A stretch of DNA of 64,000 nt, taken from the IMG/VR virus record IMGVR_UViG_3300049215_000844. The stretch is one strand, 5' to 3'. The notes beneath the pieces are model-generated. The model worked only from the letters and a program-made list of their open reading frames with translations, had not been told where the DNA came from and searched no databases. Shown one piece after another: positions 37,919-47,153 of this stretch. The first letter of the stretch is position 1; each line of letters begins with the position of its first letter. Source of the DNA: an uncultured virus (IMG/VR IMGVR_UViG_3300049215_000844). Taxonomy: Duplodnaviria > Heunggongvirae > Uroviricota > Caudoviricetes. The translations under genes were made by a program, and so were the position numbers.

Positions 37919-38086
37919 CCGAGGATCTCGGCGAGCAGGCCGGTGACGACGAGCAGGGCGAGGACGACGCCGCCGATATCGAGCAGGAGGTCCATCAGCG
38001 CGTCGCCAGCCAGAGGGTCAAGGCGTCGACACCGACTGCGGTGGCGGCCACGGCGAGCATGAGCAGCGCGATCTGCTGGCCGAGGG

Positions 38087-38344
38087 TCATCGGTCGCCCC
38101 CGAGTTTGGAAGCGACGGCGAGGACCAGACCACCGGTATCGTGCTCGACCTTGCCCAGCGCCTGCAGCGCGGCGTCGAGCGTGGTGCCGGGCTCGAGGCA
38201 AAGGGCGATCGTGCTCTCGGCGTTCTGGAAGCGCCGGCGCAGCTCACGCAACGCGTCGCGCTCGATGAAGGTCAATGGCCGGTCGGGCCCGGCGGCAAGG
38301 CCCGAACGCCGTTCGGGCAGGGGGAGAGTGAAGCTGTCGGGCAT
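38087..38344 (-). CDS. First gene of the leftward early operon, hypothetical
   Basis: GGAG RBS just downstream of the operator pair. Confidence 0.5.
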   Translation of the reverse strand: MPDSFTLPLPERRSGLAAGPDRPLTFIERDALRELRRRFQNAESTIALCLEPGTTLDAALQALGKVEHDTGGLVLAVASKLGGDR

Positions 38345-38368
38345 GAGCGCTCCGCGGTGATGCCCGAA

Positions 38369-38419
38369 TTTGCACTACATACAAACAACAGTCCAGTGCA
38401 AGTTTGCATATAGCGCAAA
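38369..38419. promoter_or_regulatory. Left operator pair (OL-like), TTTGCA-N5-TGCAAA type
   Basis: TTTGCACTACATACAAA (38369) and TTTGCATATAGCGCAAA (38403). Confidence 0.7.
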
Positions 38420-38518
38420 TCCGCAAAAACCGTCGCTAGGCGGCTTGTATTTGGTGCCGTGACAGGAACTTGGCGCTGGCTTTTAATCGGCCTTGGAAAT
38501 GCAACCGGTGAGGTAGCG

Positions 38519-38848
38519 GTGCGCAGGGCAATCTTAGGACTGATGCTGGCGACGACACCTCTGTCGGCCGCCTTGGCGGAAATGCCGAACTACGATGTCG
38601 ACGCATACTGCAAACGCGTGGCGGACCTAGCTGGCTCGTCGCAGCAAATGCTGAAGCTCTGCATCGCCCAGGAGCAGCGCTCCTACGACCATTTGAAGCC
38701 GGATTGGGACCGCTTGCCGTCGACGATGCGCAGCTACTGCGACCGCGTCGCCAATGCCGCGGGGCAGTCGTTTCACATGCTGGAGCTCTGCATCGCCCAG
38801 GAGCAGGCCGCCAAGCGCGACAACGATGGGACCAAATTCAAACGTTGA
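38519..38848 (+). CDS. Secreted Cys-paired helical protein
   Basis: Signal peptide; internal repeat YC.RVA..AG.S..ML.LCIAQEQ twice. Confidence 0.65.
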   Translation: MRRAILGLMLATTPLSAALAEMPNYDVDAYCKRVADLAGSSQQMLKLCIAQEQRSYDHLKPDWDRLPSTMRSYCDRVANAAGQSFHMLELCIAQEQAAKRDNDGTKFKR

Positions 38849-38867
38849 AAAGCGAGGGGAGGGAGCA

Positions 38868-39113
38868 ATGAAATTCTTCTGGTTGGTCACGGCGCTGGCG
38901 GCGTGCCTTGCGGGGGCAACCTTGGCCGCCACGCTGGCGACATCGAGCGGTGCACCGCAGCAGGCCGCGGGCGCGGCGATCGCGCTCGCCATCGCGGTGA
39001 TTCCCTACGTCTTCACCAGGACGGTCGAGGGCTGGCAGGAAGCGGACTGGCGGCGCCAAATGCTCGACGAAGCCAAACGCGCCGCCAAGCCGGCAGCTCC
39101 GCCGGCGCCCTGA
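38868..39113 (+). CDS. Small two-TM membrane protein
   Basis: GAPQQAAGAAIALAIAVIPYV. Confidence 0.65.
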   Translation: MKFFWLVTALAACLAGATLAATLATSSGAPQQAAGAAIALAIAVIPYVFTRTVEGWQEADWRRQMLDEAKRAAKPAAPPAP

Positions 39114-39156
39114 GCTCTCGCGTGCACGCCTAGCTTCGATCTGCCGACGCGATGCT

Positions 39157-39591
39157 CTACTCCTCGTCTGCCTGCGTCCGCAAGAGCAGCACTTCCCCCG
39201 CGGCGTAGACCATGGCCGCTGCCCGCCGGTCATCGAGATCGAAATGGAGGTTGCGGTCGCGCTTCGTGCTTAACGACCAGAATGTGCCGTCGATGTAGTA
39301 GCCGCCGCAACCGGCGATCCGTGACCAGGCGTACCGCACGGGGCGATTGCCGCCGATGAAGGCCACGCCGGCATCGCCGAGCACGAGCACGCCCCGGCCC
39401 AGCGGCTTATCGCGATCGGTGCCGATATCGAGGCCCTGCGCCGAGGCCCAGGCATGTACGATGGGACCGGCCTGGCCGCCATAGCCAAGCGGTGGATCGG
39501 TCCTCGGCAACGGCTCGTCACCGAAGACTAACGCCTCTACCTCGCGCACGAGACGGCGATGCCACCACCAGCGCAACCGACTCAGCGTCAC
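39157..39591 (-). CDS. Hypothetical protein coupled downstream of the repressor
   Basis: GTGA overlap with the repressor stop. Confidence 0.45.
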   Translation of the reverse strand: MTLSRLRWWWHRRLVREVEALVFGDEPLPRTDPPLGYGGQAGPIVHAWASAQGLDIGTDRDKPLGRGVLVLGDAGVAFIGGNRPVRYAWSRIAGCGGYYIDGTFWSLSTKRDRNLHFDLDDRRAAAMVYAAGEVLLLRTQADEE

Positions 39592-40265
39592 ACCAGCGTG
39601 CGATGGTGCTCAACCGCAACGCCGACGATGCGGCCGCCCTTCGCGGTGCTGATCGACATTACCGGCCAGTCGGGATTGAGTGGCACCAGCTCGATGATCG
39701 GCCGGCCGCGGCCGTCGCGGCCCTTCTCGCGGTAGCGCTTGAAGGTCGCCGCGTTGTCCTCGTCGACGCGCGCCACCACGAAGCGGCCGGGCTGCGGTGC
39801 CAGGTCGGGATCGACGATGATAATGTCGCCGTCGTGGAAATCCGGCTCCATCGAGGCGCCCTCAATGCGCAGGGCGAAGGCACGTGGGCCGATGTCGCGG
39901 ACGACTGGGATCCAGCTCTCCGCATCGCCCTTTTCGTACGGATCGGTGATTTCGGTCCAGTGGCCGGCCGCCACCTTGTCGATCAGCGGCACCGCGTAGG
40001 CCGGCGGGCGTCTTTCCCTTTCCTCGTCACGGCCTCCGCGTCGTGCTTGTGCGCCGCCTAGCAGATCGCCGGCCGAGCGGCCGTAAAGTCGGCCGAGCTG
40101 CTGCAGGCGGGTGCGGGTGATTTCGCTCTTGCCGCGCTCGAGGCGGCTGAGCTGCCCGGGCGACAGGTCGATGCCTATCTTGGCCAGCCGGTTAGACACC
40201 TCCTCGAGGGTCAGTTCGGCGTCCTCGCGCGCAGCGCGAAGGTTAGTAAGGGGTTTCAAGACCAT
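39588..40265 (-). CDS. CI-like repressor (HTH + S24 peptidase)
   Basis: LSRLERG HTH, VAAG cleavage site, FALRIEGASMEP, ATFKRY, LNPDW. Confidence 0.92.
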   Translation of the reverse strand: MVLKPLTNLRAAREDAELTLEEVSNRLAKIGIDLSPGQLSRLERGKSEITRTRLQQLGRLYGRSAGDLLGGAQARRGGRDEERERRPPAYAVPLIDKVAAGHWTEITDPYEKGDAESWIPVVRDIGPRAFALRIEGASMEPDFHDGDIIIVDPDLAPQPGRFVVARVDEDNAATFKRYREKGRDGRGRPIIELVPLNPDWPVMSISTAKGGRIVGVAVEHHRTLV

Positions 40266-40272
40266 GGACGGC

Positions 40273-40351
40273 TGATTTTTGCAGATAGTGCAAAAATCAC
40301 CACGGCATGGGGTGCAAAACCTCTTGCACCGGAATTTGTACTTGATGCAAA
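40273..40351. promoter_or_regulatory. Right operator region (OR-like)
   Basis: TGATTTTTGCA-GATAG-TGCAAAAATCA perfect arms (40273-40299); TTTGTACTTGATGCAAA (40335-40351). Confidence 0.75.
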
Positions 40352-40364
40352 CTCCCGCGCTACG

Positions 40365-40601
40365 ATGCCCAGCCTTCCCACCTATCTCACCGAGCGAAAC
40401 GAAGCCCAGACGGCCTTTGCCGCACGTGCCGGTCTTTCCGACGCGACCCTCTCGCGGGTGCTGAAAGGCAAAATCCCACCCAGCGCCGACGTTGTGGAAA
40501 AGGTCCGACTGGCGACTCAAGGCGAGGTGACAGCCAACGACCTTTACGATGCCTGGCGGGCCGCACGCGATCCCAGCGCAGGGGAAGAGGCGGCGGCATG
40601 A
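40365..40601 (+). CDS. Cro-like HTH regulator
   Basis: QTAFAARAGLSDATLSRVLKG..ATQGEVTANDL; divergent from CI. Confidence 0.85.
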   Translation: MPSLPTYLTERNEAQTAFAARAGLSDATLSRVLKGKIPPSADVVEKVRLATQGEVTANDLYDAWRAARDPSAGEEAAA

Positions 40602-41023
40602 AGCAGGCCCGCACCATGCGCTCGACACTTGCCGAACTGGCAACGCCGGAAGGCCGCCGGGCCTGGGCGATTGCCGGGGCGACCGGGCGGTCGGCGGAGG
40701 ATCGGGCGCGTTCGCTCATTGCGGGGGAGGTAGTCGGTCGACCCGTCGGCGTCTCCCGGAATGACCAGCCGTCTTTCCGGGCCGCGCTTCACGGCACGAG
40801 CGGGCTGACCTCCATCAGGGGCTGGCGATGAACCGCCGCTGGCTGCTTGCGTTGCTCGGTCTTGCGCCATTGCTGCCCGCTGCGAGTCGAATGGCCGCGA
40901 TGGCGCGCGGCGAACAGTCGGCCGCCCTGCCGCCGTCCTTGAACGTCGAGCGGAAGCTCGAGGCCCGCGACCTGGTATCGCTGTCTCGGTTGCCGCCGCA
41001 GATCAGCGTGGATGAGGACGAAG

Positions 41024-41257
41024 TTACGAATCGAGCTTTGCAGGCCTCGGTTCGGCGATTCCTAAGAGATCTTTCGCCAAATCTTTTGCCATGTCGGCCG
41101 ACAGCCCGAGCAACACCGTTGTGCCACCTTTCGTGCCTTCGGCCTTTATCGCCGCCAGCGGCTTGTGACGGAGGCGAATCGTGACCTTGCCGCCGGGATC
41201 CCGCTCGACGATCTCCCAGTGCACCGGGACTTCGAGATCGAACAGCTTCATTGCCAT
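41024..41257 (-). CDS. Small antisense hypothetical protein
   Basis: AAGGAG RBS, protein-like composition. Confidence 0.5.
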   Translation of the reverse strand: MAMKLFDLEVPVHWEIVERDPGGKVTIRLRHKPLAAIKAEGTKGGTTVLLGLSADMAKDLAKDLLGIAEPRPAKLDS

Positions 41258-41371
41258 GGAGTTCTCCTTGGGTTGTTTGGCAACTCCCATGGTGAGGTAT
41301 GTCCGAAGGGGAAAAATATCCCCCTTCGGACCTCTGCCTGTGAATCGTTCGGGTGCCCAATGACGGCGATC

Positions 41372-41668
41372 TCAGCTGCGTTGCAATCTCTCGTGTTCCC
41401 GCTCTTCGGTCTTGCCGCAAGCGGGATTGTCACACTTCAACGTGTCGACGTTCACGCCGACCTCACCGAAGGTGCGGTGGGGTTTCGAGTCGACGAGGTC
41501 GAGCTTGCCGGTTCGACAGTATCGGCAGGTCGGCCGCTCGTCGGCCGGCGCCGCACCGGCCATGCCGAGGCGCTCCTCGAGGGCCTTCACCCGCCTGGGC
41601 AGCGTGATCAGCTCGCGCCACACCGGAATCCTGTTCAACAGCTCGTTCAACTCCCCGAGGACCGACAT
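41372..41668 (-). CDS. Small antisense zinc-ribbon protein
   Basis: GGAGG RBS; CRYC..CDNPAC. Confidence 0.6.
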   Translation of the reverse strand: MSVLGELNELLNRIPVWRELITLPRRVKALEERLGMAGAAPADERPTCRYCRTGKLDLVDSKPHRTFGEVGVNVDTLKCDNPACGKTEEREHERLQRS

Positions 41669-41901
41669 GGGCGATCTTCCTCCGCGCGATACATGGGTGA
41701 TGCTGGAGCGCAGTCTGACACGCTGGCGTCCGCAAATCGACGTGATCGGGGTGCGCGCCGCTCCGGACGGCAAGGTCCTGCGCATCTGCCTGGGCGGCCT
41801 GGAACGGGAAATCGAAATCACGGCCCAGCAGGCCGCGCACCTGGCCGGCCTTCTCCTGAAAAGCTGACGGCGGCATACGTTGTCGAGAGCGAGGTGCAGG
41901 G

Positions 41902-42384
41902 ATGACCCGCCCCGCTTTCAAGCCGGTGAAGCCCCGGCAGTACGATTCACCCAAGGCCTGCATCGCCGAGCTGTTCGCCGAGCGCGGCGGCGTCGAAAAC
42001 GTGATGGTCCTGCTCGGCCTCGGCCGCACAACGACTTACGCCTTCGCCGATCCACGCGAAGCCGAGGAGATTTCGTTCGCCCGTGTCGCGGCGCTCACCG
42101 TCCCCGATGCGCCGGCGGCAGCTGAATACCTGGCACGCCGGGCCGGCGGGGTCTTTCTGCCGGTCATCCCGGAGGAAGCCGATCTCGCCGCGCTCTGCGC
42201 CGACGACATGCGTGCCCACGGCGAGGCGCTGGCCGGTGTCGTCGCCACGCTCAGTGCGCCGGCGACCGGCGAGCAGCTGCAGGGTGAGCTCGCCAAGATC
42301 GATTCAGCCCTGCGAACGCTCGCCGGCCTGCGCGCCGTCGCGTCGCACGCGCTGAAGCCCAAGGTGCCATCGAGCGGCAAGTGA
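41902..42384 (+). CDS. CII-like phage regulatory protein
   Basis: Position downstream of cro; GGVE..LGLGRTTTY..ADP HTH-like, LARRAGGVFLP. Confidence 0.55.
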   Translation: MTRPAFKPVKPRQYDSPKACIAELFAERGGVENVMVLLGLGRTTTYAFADPREAEEISFARVAALTVPDAPAAAEYLARRAGGVFLPVIPEEADLAALCADDMRAHGEALAGVVATLSAPATGEQLQGELAKIDSALRTLAGLRAVASHALKPKVPSSGK

Positions 42385-42974
42385 ACGATCGAGAGGGGAG
42401 AGCAATGAATTTTTGGCGCAAGTGCCTCCATCGATGGGCCGGAACACTGCCAACCCGGATCATTTACGCCGAGCATTCTGAATTCGATGCCCGACGCAGT
42501 CCTCTATTTGAGCGCGGACATGTATTCACCATGACGCTGCCAGTCATTGGCGAAGTGACGCTCTACCTCCACCACTATCTGCGTGCAGACCCTGATCGGG
42601 GTATGCACGATCATCCGTGGCCGTGGGCGATCGCATTGCCACTGGCGGGGGGATATCTCGAGCAGCGCCTAACCGGCATGCACATGGGGCATGTTGGGCA
42701 CGTCGAGCGGCGGAGGTGGCCGTTCTTGCCATATCGCCTGACTGGCTTCGATTTTCACCGTGTGCTCGTCGAGACGGGTGACACGAGTTGGTCATTATTC
42801 TTCACGGGCCGCAATGGCTTCAAACCTTGGGGATTCCTGCGCCCGTTGGCGACTACAACGACTGACGATCGTCCAGGCGTCTATTACGACATGTGGGAAA
42901 GTGACGAAGGTAGTCACACCGCATGGTGGTGCGACGCCCCACGCGGCCGGGAGCTCGAGCGTGCCGGACCATGA
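42381..42974 (+). CDS. Cupin/double-stranded beta-helix-like phage protein
   Basis: LHH..DPDR..HDHPW, GGY.E, FHRV, WSLFFTG, WGF. Confidence 0.65.
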   Translation: MNDREGRAMNFWRKCLHRWAGTLPTRIIYAEHSEFDARRSPLFERGHVFTMTLPVIGEVTLYLHHYLRADPDRGMHDHPWPWAIALPLAGGYLEQRLTGMHMGHVGHVERRRWPFLPYRLTGFDFHRVLVETGDTSWSLFFTGRNGFKPWGFLRPLATTTTDDRPGVYYDMWESDEGSHTAWWCDAPRGRELERAGP

Positions 42975-43339
42975 CTGTTTCACGCGAAACATTGGCGCAA
43001 TCGGCGAGTGTGAAGGCGCGCTCGTATCAGTCGCCACACCGTCAGAGCCGGTCCGACCGGACGAAAGCGGCGATCCTCGAGACGGCGCTGTCGTTCGTAA
43101 GTGAGGGATATTTCCGCCCGGAGGCGCGCGAGATCGCGGCGCGGGCGGCATCGCTTGGCAAATACCGGTTCCATTGCTCGGCCGTGACCCGGCATTTCGG
43201 CTCGCTGCAGCTGCTCTATCGCGTCATCGCGCGCCAGCATTGGGTCGAGGTCATTCGGGGCGCCGGCATCGTCCTGGGCTGCCCCAACGAGCGCGACCTT
43301 GCCTGGCTGATCATGGTCGGCCGCAAGAGGGAGCCATGA
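42971..43339 (+). CDS. Hypothetical HTH-like protein
   Basis: ATGA-coupled; AREIAARA..AVTRHFGS resembles a TetR-type HTH. Confidence 0.5.
   Translation: MTVSRETLAQSASVKARSYQSPHRQSRSDRTKAAILETALSFVSEGYFRPEAREIAARAASLGKYRFHCSAVTRHFGSLQLLYRVIARQHWVEVIRGAGIVLGCPNERDLAWLIMVGRKREP
42976..42991. promoter_or_regulatory. parS-like site TGTTTCACGCGAAACA
   Basis: 15/16 match to the chromosomal parS consensus TGTTTCACGTGAAACA. Confidence 0.5.
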
Positions 43340-43752
43340 TCGGCATGTATGAACCGATCATCGTCACCACCCTGCGGCGCTACCACGGTCGCGGCGCGTC
43401 GAATCGGCTGCTGACGCGCCTGGCCGGGGGGCCTCGCGACTGGCGGCTGCTGAACGAATCCTGGAACATCGACGGGCGCCTGGCGCACGTGGCCCCGGAG
43501 TTGCCGCCGGCGGATCGCGACGGCGACGCCGTCCTGAAGCTGAGCGCTGCGGAGCGGCGTCTTGCCATCCTGCAGATCGCCGATGAAACCGCGGCCCGGC
43601 GCGCCGAATTCCCCAAGGCCGTCAAGCTCGCCGACTATTTCGGCGTGTCGCGCCAGTCGATCGAATTCGACCTGCAGGATCTGACGCGGCGTGGCGCACT
43701 GGCGTGGCATCTCGGCCGGCCGGTCGTCGAGGATGGCTCCCGTGCGCGATAG
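43336..43752 (+). CDS. Winged-HTH protein
   Basis: LADYFGVSRQSIEFDLQDL. Confidence 0.6.
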   Translation: MIGMYEPIIVTTLRRYHGRGASNRLLTRLAGGPRDWRLLNESWNIDGRLAHVAPELPPADRDGDAVLKLSAAERRLAILQIADETAARRAEFPKAVKLADYFGVSRQSIEFDLQDLTRRGALAWHLGRPVVEDGSRAR

Positions 43753-44845
43753 GTTCGCCGCCGCCTTCGACCGCGAGGCCTGGGCCAGGCGCAAGAACGC
43801 CGTGCTCGAGCGTGTGTCTCTTTACGACGCGGTGACGGCCAAGGTGGCGCTGAAGCATGCCGGCGGCGCCGAGTACAAGGGCCTTTGCCCCTTCCACAAC
43901 GAGAAGACGCCGTCTTTCACGGTGAACACCAGGAAGGGCTTCTTCCATTGCTTCGGCTGCGGTCATCACGGCAGCAACGCCATCGACTTCGTCATCGCGC
44001 TCAACTTTCCCGGCATGAGCGATGCCTTCCAGCAGGCGGTCGAGCTGCTCGAGCGCGAGAACGGCCTGCACCATTTCAAGGCCTCGGCGCCCCCGCCGCC
44101 GCGGCCCAAGGTCGAGCAGCGCGAGGATCTCGACAAGGCGGCCGCCGTGCGGCGCCTCTGGGAGGAGGCCAAACCGCTGACGGCCGGCGACCCGGTCGAC
44201 CGCTACCTGCGCGGCCGCTGCCTGCGGCCGCCCGGCGAATGGCTGACCGGGAGCCGTGACAATGCCGGCTGGCCGGAGACGCTGCGCTTCGCGGCGCGCT
44301 GCTGGCACGGAATCGAGAAGCGGCACCTGCCGGCGATGATCGCGGCGATGCGCCGGCCCGATGGCAAGCTGACGGCGGTGCACCGCACCTACCTCGCGGT
44401 CTCCGGCACTGCGGTGACCAAGGCCGGCACCGAGCGCGACAAGGCGATGTTCGGCAGTCCGCTCGGCACGTGGATGCTGCTCGGCCCGGTCGACGACCAC
44501 ATGGTGGGCGGCGAGGGCATCGAGACGACGCTTGCCGCCATGCAGCTGTTCGGCCGCTCCGGCCTGGCCTTCGGCAGCCGCGCCGGCATGGCCAAGACCG
44601 AGCTTCCCTTCGCCTGCAGCGATTTCATCTATGCGGCCGACCGCAACAAGCCGCATCTGGTTGCGGAGCGCAGCCGGGTCGGCGAGCGCGCCGCCTTCGC
44701 CGGCGCCAAGGCGCACGGCGTTGGCCGCACGGTGCGGGTCAAGGTGCCGGCGTTGCCCGGCGACGGCCTCGGCGACTTCAACGACATGCTGAAGCTGCGC
44801 GTCGCCGCGTCCGAACGCCGTTCGGGGCAGGGGATGGCGGCATGA
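43733..44845 (+). CDS. DNA primase (CHC2 zinc finger + Toprim)
   Basis: GLCPFHNEKTPSF..FHCFGCG, AVHRTYL, GEGIET, GDFND. Confidence 0.9.
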   Translation: MAPVRDRFAAAFDREAWARRKNAVLERVSLYDAVTAKVALKHAGGAEYKGLCPFHNEKTPSFTVNTRKGFFHCFGCGHHGSNAIDFVIALNFPGMSDAFQQAVELLERENGLHHFKASAPPPPRPKVEQREDLDKAAAVRRLWEEAKPLTAGDPVDRYLRGRCLRPPGEWLTGSRDNAGWPETLRFAARCWHGIEKRHLPAMIAAMRRPDGKLTAVHRTYLAVSGTAVTKAGTERDKAMFGSPLGTWMLLGPVDDHMVGGEGIETTLAAMQLFGRSGLAFGSRAGMAKTELPFACSDFIYAADRNKPHLVAERSRVGERAAFAGAKAHGVGRTVRVKVPALPGDGLGDFNDMLKLRVAASERRSGQGMAA

Positions 44846-44910
44846 AGGACCTGTTCGGAAACAGCGCGCCCGAAGGAAGGAGAACATCATGACGGTCATC
44901 ACACTCGAGC

Positions 44911-44924
44911 GGGGGGGGGGGGGG
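44911..44924 (+). repeat. G14 homopolymer upstream of the ATPase gene
   Basis: 14 consecutive G. Confidence 0.85.
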
Positions 44925-46258
44925 TGACCATGACTGACCGCTTCTCGGCTTATGAAAGTGGTCAGCGGCGGTTCGCGCGCGCACAACCCGTTGCGGACTA
45001 TCGCCACGGCACCGTTCACGTGCCGAGTCGTGCCGCCGCCGCCACGCCGACGCCGGCCGTCGTCCGGCCGCCCGATCCGCCGGGCTTGATCCTGGGTGAG
45101 CTCGAGGGCAACGCCGGCGCCGTGGCGATCGACCTCGCCAAGCTGCTCGACGGCCGCCTGATGATCCAGGGCGTGAGCGGCGCCGGCAAATCGTGGACGC
45201 TGCGCCGACTGGTCGAGCAGGCCTGCGGCAACGTGCAGGTCCTGGTCGTCGACCCCGAGGGCGAGTTCGATACACTCGCGCGCGAGCTCGACATCCTGCA
45301 CGTCGCCGGTCACCAGCTCGACACCGTGGCACTGGGTCGGCTGGCGGCGCGCTGCCGCGAGCACCGCACATCGCTGGTGCTCGACCTCAGCGACTGCGAC
45401 CGCGAGCAGCAGATGATCGCGATTGCGCCCTTCATTGAGGCTCTGGTGGAGGCACCCCGCCAGCACTGGCATCCCTGCCTGGTGGCGATCGACGAGGCGC
45501 ATCTGTTCGCGCCGTTCGGCGGCCACACCACGGCCGCGACGTCGGTGCGTAAGGCGGCGATCGGCGCGGTCGTCGACCTGATGGGCCGCGGCCGAAAGCG
45601 CGGCCTGGTTGGCGTGCTGGCCACACAACGCCTGGCGCGGCTGGCCAAGTCGGTCACGTCCGAGGTCTCGAACTTCCTGATCGGCCTCAACACCCAGGAT
45701 CTCGATATCAAGCGCGCGGCCGACCAGATCGGCTGGGAGGCGCGCCGCGCCTTCGATCGATTGCCGCTGCTGCAGCCGGGCGAGTTCATCGCCGTCGGCC
45801 GTGCCTTCTCGCGCCAGCCCTCGAAGCTGAAAGTCGGCGCCATCCGCAGCGAGCATAAGGGTGCGACGCCGGCGATCGCGCCGCCCACGGCCGTTCAGCC
45901 GGCCGAAGCGAGCCGGCTCCTGGGCATCGACGAGCTGATCGCTGATGCCCAAGCCGATGACGAGGATCGCGTGGACAGCGAGAGCGCGCTTGCCGTTGGG
46001 GCCCGCGGCGTGCGGGCGTTCATCCGAGACGCCGCGTTCGCCGCTTCGGGCAGGGTCTATGAGGCACTGGTGAAAATCGCGCCGGAAGGCGCGACGGCGA
46101 AGAGCCTGGCAAAACACCTCGGCCTCAAGAAGTGGGACGTCAATCACGCCGTGGCGTTGCTCGACCAGTACGGCGTGCTCGAGTTCGGCGAGCCGATCGA
46201 TGGCGAGCGCGCCGTGGCGATCGACCGCAACTTCCTCAACCCGCGGGGCGGCGCATGA
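44924..46258 (+). CDS. HerA/FtsK-like (DUF87-type) P-loop ATPase
   Basis: QGVSGAGKS, VDPEGEF, IDEAH, RGRKRG, ATQR. Confidence 0.85.
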   Translation: MTMTDRFSAYESGQRRFARAQPVADYRHGTVHVPSRAAAATPTPAVVRPPDPPGLILGELEGNAGAVAIDLAKLLDGRLMIQGVSGAGKSWTLRRLVEQACGNVQVLVVDPEGEFDTLARELDILHVAGHQLDTVALGRLAARCREHRTSLVLDLSDCDREQQMIAIAPFIEALVEAPRQHWHPCLVAIDEAHLFAPFGGHTTAATSVRKAAIGAVVDLMGRGRKRGLVGVLATQRLARLAKSVTSEVSNFLIGLNTQDLDIKRAADQIGWEARRAFDRLPLLQPGEFIAVGRAFSRQPSKLKVGAIRSEHKGATPAIAPPTAVQPAEASRLLGIDELIADAQADDEDRVDSESALAVGARGVRAFIRDAAFAASGRVYEALVKIAPEGATAKSLAKHLGLKKWDVNHAVALLDQYGVLEFGEPIDGERAVAIDRNFLNPRGGA

Positions 46259-47100
46259 GCAGCCTCGAGACCGTCAGCATGAAGAAAGGCCGCGCACACC
46301 TGCCGCGGCTCTCGGTGCCCTACGACCCGAACAAGCCCCGGCACGCGCGCTTCTGGTCCGATGCCGAGCTAGCGATCATGCGCCAGTACTTCCCGAAGGG
46401 GGGGGCATCGGCCGTCATGGCCAAGCTGCCGCAGCGGTCGCGCACGGCGATCTACGGCCTCGCCCACAAGCTCGGTCTGTCGGCGCCCGGCCACCGGCCG
46501 GGGACCAAGCACGCCCGTTACGAGCTGACCGCCGGGCTCGAGGCCCGCATACGCGAGACATGGCCATCGCTGGCAGCCAAGGGCGCCACGGCGAAGTTCG
46601 CCGAGCAGATCGACCGGCCGCGCTGGTGGCTGGAAAAACAGGCTGTCAAGCTCGGCCTCAGCACGCTGCAGCGCAAGGAGCCGCCCTGGACGCCGGCGGA
46701 AGACGCGCTGATGGCCAAGGTGCCGCTGCACGCACCCGCCAAGTGCAGCGAGATCTTCCGCGAACACGGCTTCTCGCGGACGCCGACAGCGATCGTCGTG
46801 CGGTCCAAGAGACTCGGCCTGAAGCGGCGCTACAAGGAGACGCTGAGCGGCACGTCGCTGGCGGTCATCCTTGGGGTCGACAACAAGACCACCACGCAAT
46901 GGTGCGTCGCGGGCCTTCTCAAGGCGACCAGGCGGCCCTCGCAACGCCTGCCGCAGCAGGGCGGTGCGCCGTGGTCGATCACACGCGCCGACGCGCGACA
47001 GTTCGTCATCGACAACATCGCCAGCATCGACATCCGCAAGGTCGACAAGGTGCTGTTCGTCGATCTGCTGGTGAATTTGGGCGAAGGGCCGGGGCCGTGA
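46255..47100 (+). CDS. Repeated-HTH/SANT-like DNA-binding phage protein
   Basis: WSDAE and WTPAED repeats ending in KLGL/RLGL. Confidence 0.6.
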   Translation: MSSLETVSMKKGRAHLPRLSVPYDPNKPRHARFWSDAELAIMRQYFPKGGASAVMAKLPQRSRTAIYGLAHKLGLSAPGHRPGTKHARYELTAGLEARIRETWPSLAAKGATAKFAEQIDRPRWWLEKQAVKLGLSTLQRKEPPWTPAEDALMAKVPLHAPAKCSEIFREHGFSRTPTAIVVRSKRLGLKRRYKETLSGTSLAVILGVDNKTTTQWCVAGLLKATRRPSQRLPQQGGAPWSITRADARQFVIDNIASIDIRKVDKVLFVDLLVNLGEGPGP

Positions 47101-47153
47101 CGCAAGGCTGACGGTCGAGGTGCGGTATTGCTGAGAGTGAGTTGCGGGGAGCA

